From assembly GCF_006345805.1 (NCBI RefSeq), contig NC_043000.1, forward strand, positions 16,244,001-16,308,000: a stretch of 64,000 nucleotides of DNA, given 5' to 3'. Shown here piece after piece: positions 61,416-64,000 of the stretch. The DNA is from Octopus sinensis. Lineage: Eukaryota. The number at the start of each line of letters is the position of its first letter. Positions within the stretch are counted from its first letter, which is position 1. Under the pieces are notes generated by a model, which was not told the origin of the DNA, did not search any database, and saw only the letters and a list, made by a program, of their open reading frames with translations. Both the position numbers and the translations under genes were made by a program.

Positions 61416-63190
61416 CTGGAACCAAAAGAAATAAAATATGATTTTCTAATTTTACAAGCAAACTTTTCTTAAATCGTACAATCTGACAATTACTGTAGAT
61501 CTTAACCTGCTATCTCCTCTTGCAGATCTCCACACTCTTACAAACCATTTACACCCAGTAACTCACCCATGCTCATCGTCCTACACATGCAAACAACACC
61601 ACAGAACCACATCCCACCCATGAATTCTTTTCTTCTTTCCTTTTGTTTCTGATGAAGTATGAGCATCTGAAAATGTTAAGGATTTTCAAGCATTATATTA
61701 ATAACACCTTAGTTAAAACTTGTCCTTACATTTTTTTTCTTGTTTTGCTCATATCTATTTGAACAAACCCTAAATTTACTGAGAATTATTTCAAATGCTA
61801 TTTATAACATAATTTCAACAAATAAAATAGACTGGCCAAAAGAATTCAAAATTTTGTTACAAAGTAATTAAATTTAACACTTTAGCGTTCAGATTGCCAA
61901 ATGTAAAGCTCATTCATCCACATTGTTTTGAATTAATCATGCATTATCTCACAGCTTTGAGATTTCAATGATGTGATTGTTTATTTTTAGAATGACGCTG
62001 TAGGGCAGGTGTAAGAGGCTGGATCTGGCCAGTTTGAACCTTAATGGGTTAATGAAGCATGCAACTCTTTTAACCCTCAATTGAAAATAACATGGTCGAA
62101 TATAGTAAAAAGAAACAGCATCCCACAAGCATTTAGCTATGGTAACAATAGTTTTGCAGTGCAGCAAAAACGACGTTGACCATGTTTCTTGCTGCCAACG
62201 TACATTCCAAGAGACATTAGACTCACTAGTTTGGAGGAGTCTACAAGAGGATTCTACCGCTTCTTTTTTAATTTTATATTAATAAGGTGTATAATTAAGA
62301 CGTAATAAGTAATAGCAATCCCCAAAATGTTAATAAAAGTCCAGAGTATATTTTGAAATTTGGTTCAGTGGTAAGATCTGGAACAGAGCACCTTCCAGAA
62401 ATAAAAAGAGGGCTCTAAATTTAGGATTTTCGAGAAAACTATCAATATTGCTGGACTGTATTTGTTACACAAGAAAGGTAAGCAAAACCAAATTAAACTT
62501 AAATGGTGTGAAAATTAAGATAAACCAACCGGCCATGTTAATTTGTTATATTCAAAAGTAATTTTCATTTCATTTTAAAAGTCGAGAACCCTGAAAAGAA
62601 TGGTGTTTCCAGCATTATCTAATGTAATGTGTTATATTTCCCTCGAATTTCAACCCACGTGAGTACTATAAATACTTCAAAACAATTGTTGATAGTCGAT
62701 TCTGACCCCGTGACCATCGAAATACACGGAAATCAATTGTAAGAAGATATTTTATTAAAACAAATGCTTTTACAAACACACACTCTAGTAAAATAAAATC
62801 AAAATCTTAGAGGAAGACCGTTTGAAGAGGATAATTTAGCTCCAGAGTTACAAGAATATAATCAATAGGGAAGAGAAGGCAAAAACGTAAACATAAAGCT
62901 AAGTGATGATAGAGAACTGGAACCAAGCAAGAGATTCTGCGCGACGGCCACCGAAATGTAATTATGCTGCCTCAACAGATACACGTGGTGTTTATTGAAG
63001 GCGTGTTCGGGATATTTATTGAAGATTTTCAAATTTCAAAAGTAGCACTATTTTGATTAGCTTAAATATTATTGCATCATTTTAAGTTTTCTTTATGAAA
63101 ATATTATTACATAATAAAACCCATGATATATCTTGATATCAATATCTCTGCAGTTAGTTTTAAAAGTTTATTAACTAACGATGTAGATAA

Positions 63191-63335
63191 TAGAAGGTTG
63201 TCCCAAAAGTTCGTAGAAAGTCTTGGAAAATAATGGTCTTTATTTTGAGGAATAATTTTTGTTGTTTTTGTTAGTACTTGGCAAGTAAAAATTCAATTTT
63301 TGCAAGTGTTTACGAACTTTTGGGACAACCTAATA
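63191..63335. mobile_element. Tc1/mariner-type MITE (about 140 bp)
   Basis: 21-bp perfect TIR aggttgtcccaaaagttcgta (63195-63215) / tacgaacttttgggacaacct (63311-63331), TA-rich flanks. Confidence 0.75.
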
Positions 63336-63564
63336 ATAGTAAGGAGCTTTTTTTTTTTTTGTTTAAATTCAGTAAAGGTAAAATTAAGACTTGTGTTACA
63401 TTCTATTTCAATTTTGTCGGATTGACAAAGCTTTGAATTAAAATACAATTTTAATTCTTTCGCTTATTCAATCGTCATTTTAAATTTGGAACTCAATACA
63501 AAAGAAACGATTTCTTTTGCTCTCTTCTGGTTCATAATCCAAATTAATAACAGTAAATATTTAA

Positions 63565-63773
63565 CCCTTTAGTGTTCAGATTATTCTATCAAACATAATG
63601 CTTATTGATTTGAATTAATCATGCATTATCTCATATCTTCAAGATCTTGATGGTGTAATTACTTAATGTAGAATAACATTGTAGGGTAGGTGTGAGAGCC
63701 TGGATCTGGTCAGTTTGAACAGAAAACAGATTAGCTATTTTGGCTGGATATGGCCGGTTTAAATACTAAAGGG
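63565..63773. mobile_element. piggyBac-like MITE (subfamily A)
   Basis: TTAA|ccctttagtgttcag ... tactaaaggg|TTAA; a more decayed copy lies at about 61877-62050. Confidence 0.8.
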
Positions 63774-63838
63774 TTAAACCGTAACAACATTTTAAGAAAT
63801 TATTCGTGAAAATTTGAAAGCAAAAAGAGTATACCTAC

Positions 63839-63897
63839 ATTTTGTATAAGTTGTTGTTTTCCTTCTAAACCTTTCTTGATCGTCCGGGTCAAAGAAA
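63839..63897 (-). CDS. MRTO4: MRTO4 coding exon, 59 nt (second coding exon; missed by the ORF track)
   Basis: (V)SLTRTIKKGLEGKQQLIQN matches the Mrt4 N-terminus (VSLTKTxKKGLExKQxLIxE); tttgccag| acceptor, AAT|gtaggt donor; phase 1 start implies a short first exon beyond 64000. Confidence 0.9.
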
Positions 63898-64000
63898 CTG
63901 GCAAATCGAAGAAAAATACAAGTAGTTTTAAGAATCAGAGTTTCATCATGCTGGGTAATTGTAATTGATTAAAGACAAGTCAATTAGAATTAAAATACAA

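Larger units (their letters stand above)
61416..63838 (-). other. MRTO4: MRTO4 intron, 2423 bp, phase 0
   Basis: GT (gtaggt) at 63838, AG at 61416. Confidence 0.9.

Overview
Eukaryotic, AT-rich, repeat-dense genomic DNA, almost certainly from an octopod cephalopod (inferred from the SINE/MITE repertoire; not verified by database search). The only protein-coding gene I can recognise is MRTO4/Mrt4 (60S ribosome assembly factor, P0/uL10 paralogue) on the minus strand. Three GT-AG-bounded coding exons (63897-63839, 61415-61312, 24097-23948) splice in frame to (V)[103 protein letters not shown]. The first exon lies beyond 64000 and the downstream exons were not found in the window, so nearly the whole window is intron (one intron is 37.2 kb, the next probably over 23.9 kb). 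The introns hold three tRNA-type SINE families, an RTE-like 3'-end element, degraded LINEs, piggyBac-, hAT-, mariner- and possibly Mutator-type MITEs, non-autonomous Helitrons, Penelope-like terminal fragments with minimal hammerhead-like motifs and a ~5 kb nearly G-free (TA/CA) array. The most interesting unexplained signals are a possible same-strand nested spliced transcript (19.0 to 7.1 kb), the hammerhead-like motifs, several fold-back structures (potential ADAR or miRNA substrates), a SINE palindrome with an apparent conversion tract and SINE-in-SINE concatemers. All exon models beyond MRTO4 are hand-made and speculative. Repeat boundaries are approximate unless a TSD or TIR is quoted.
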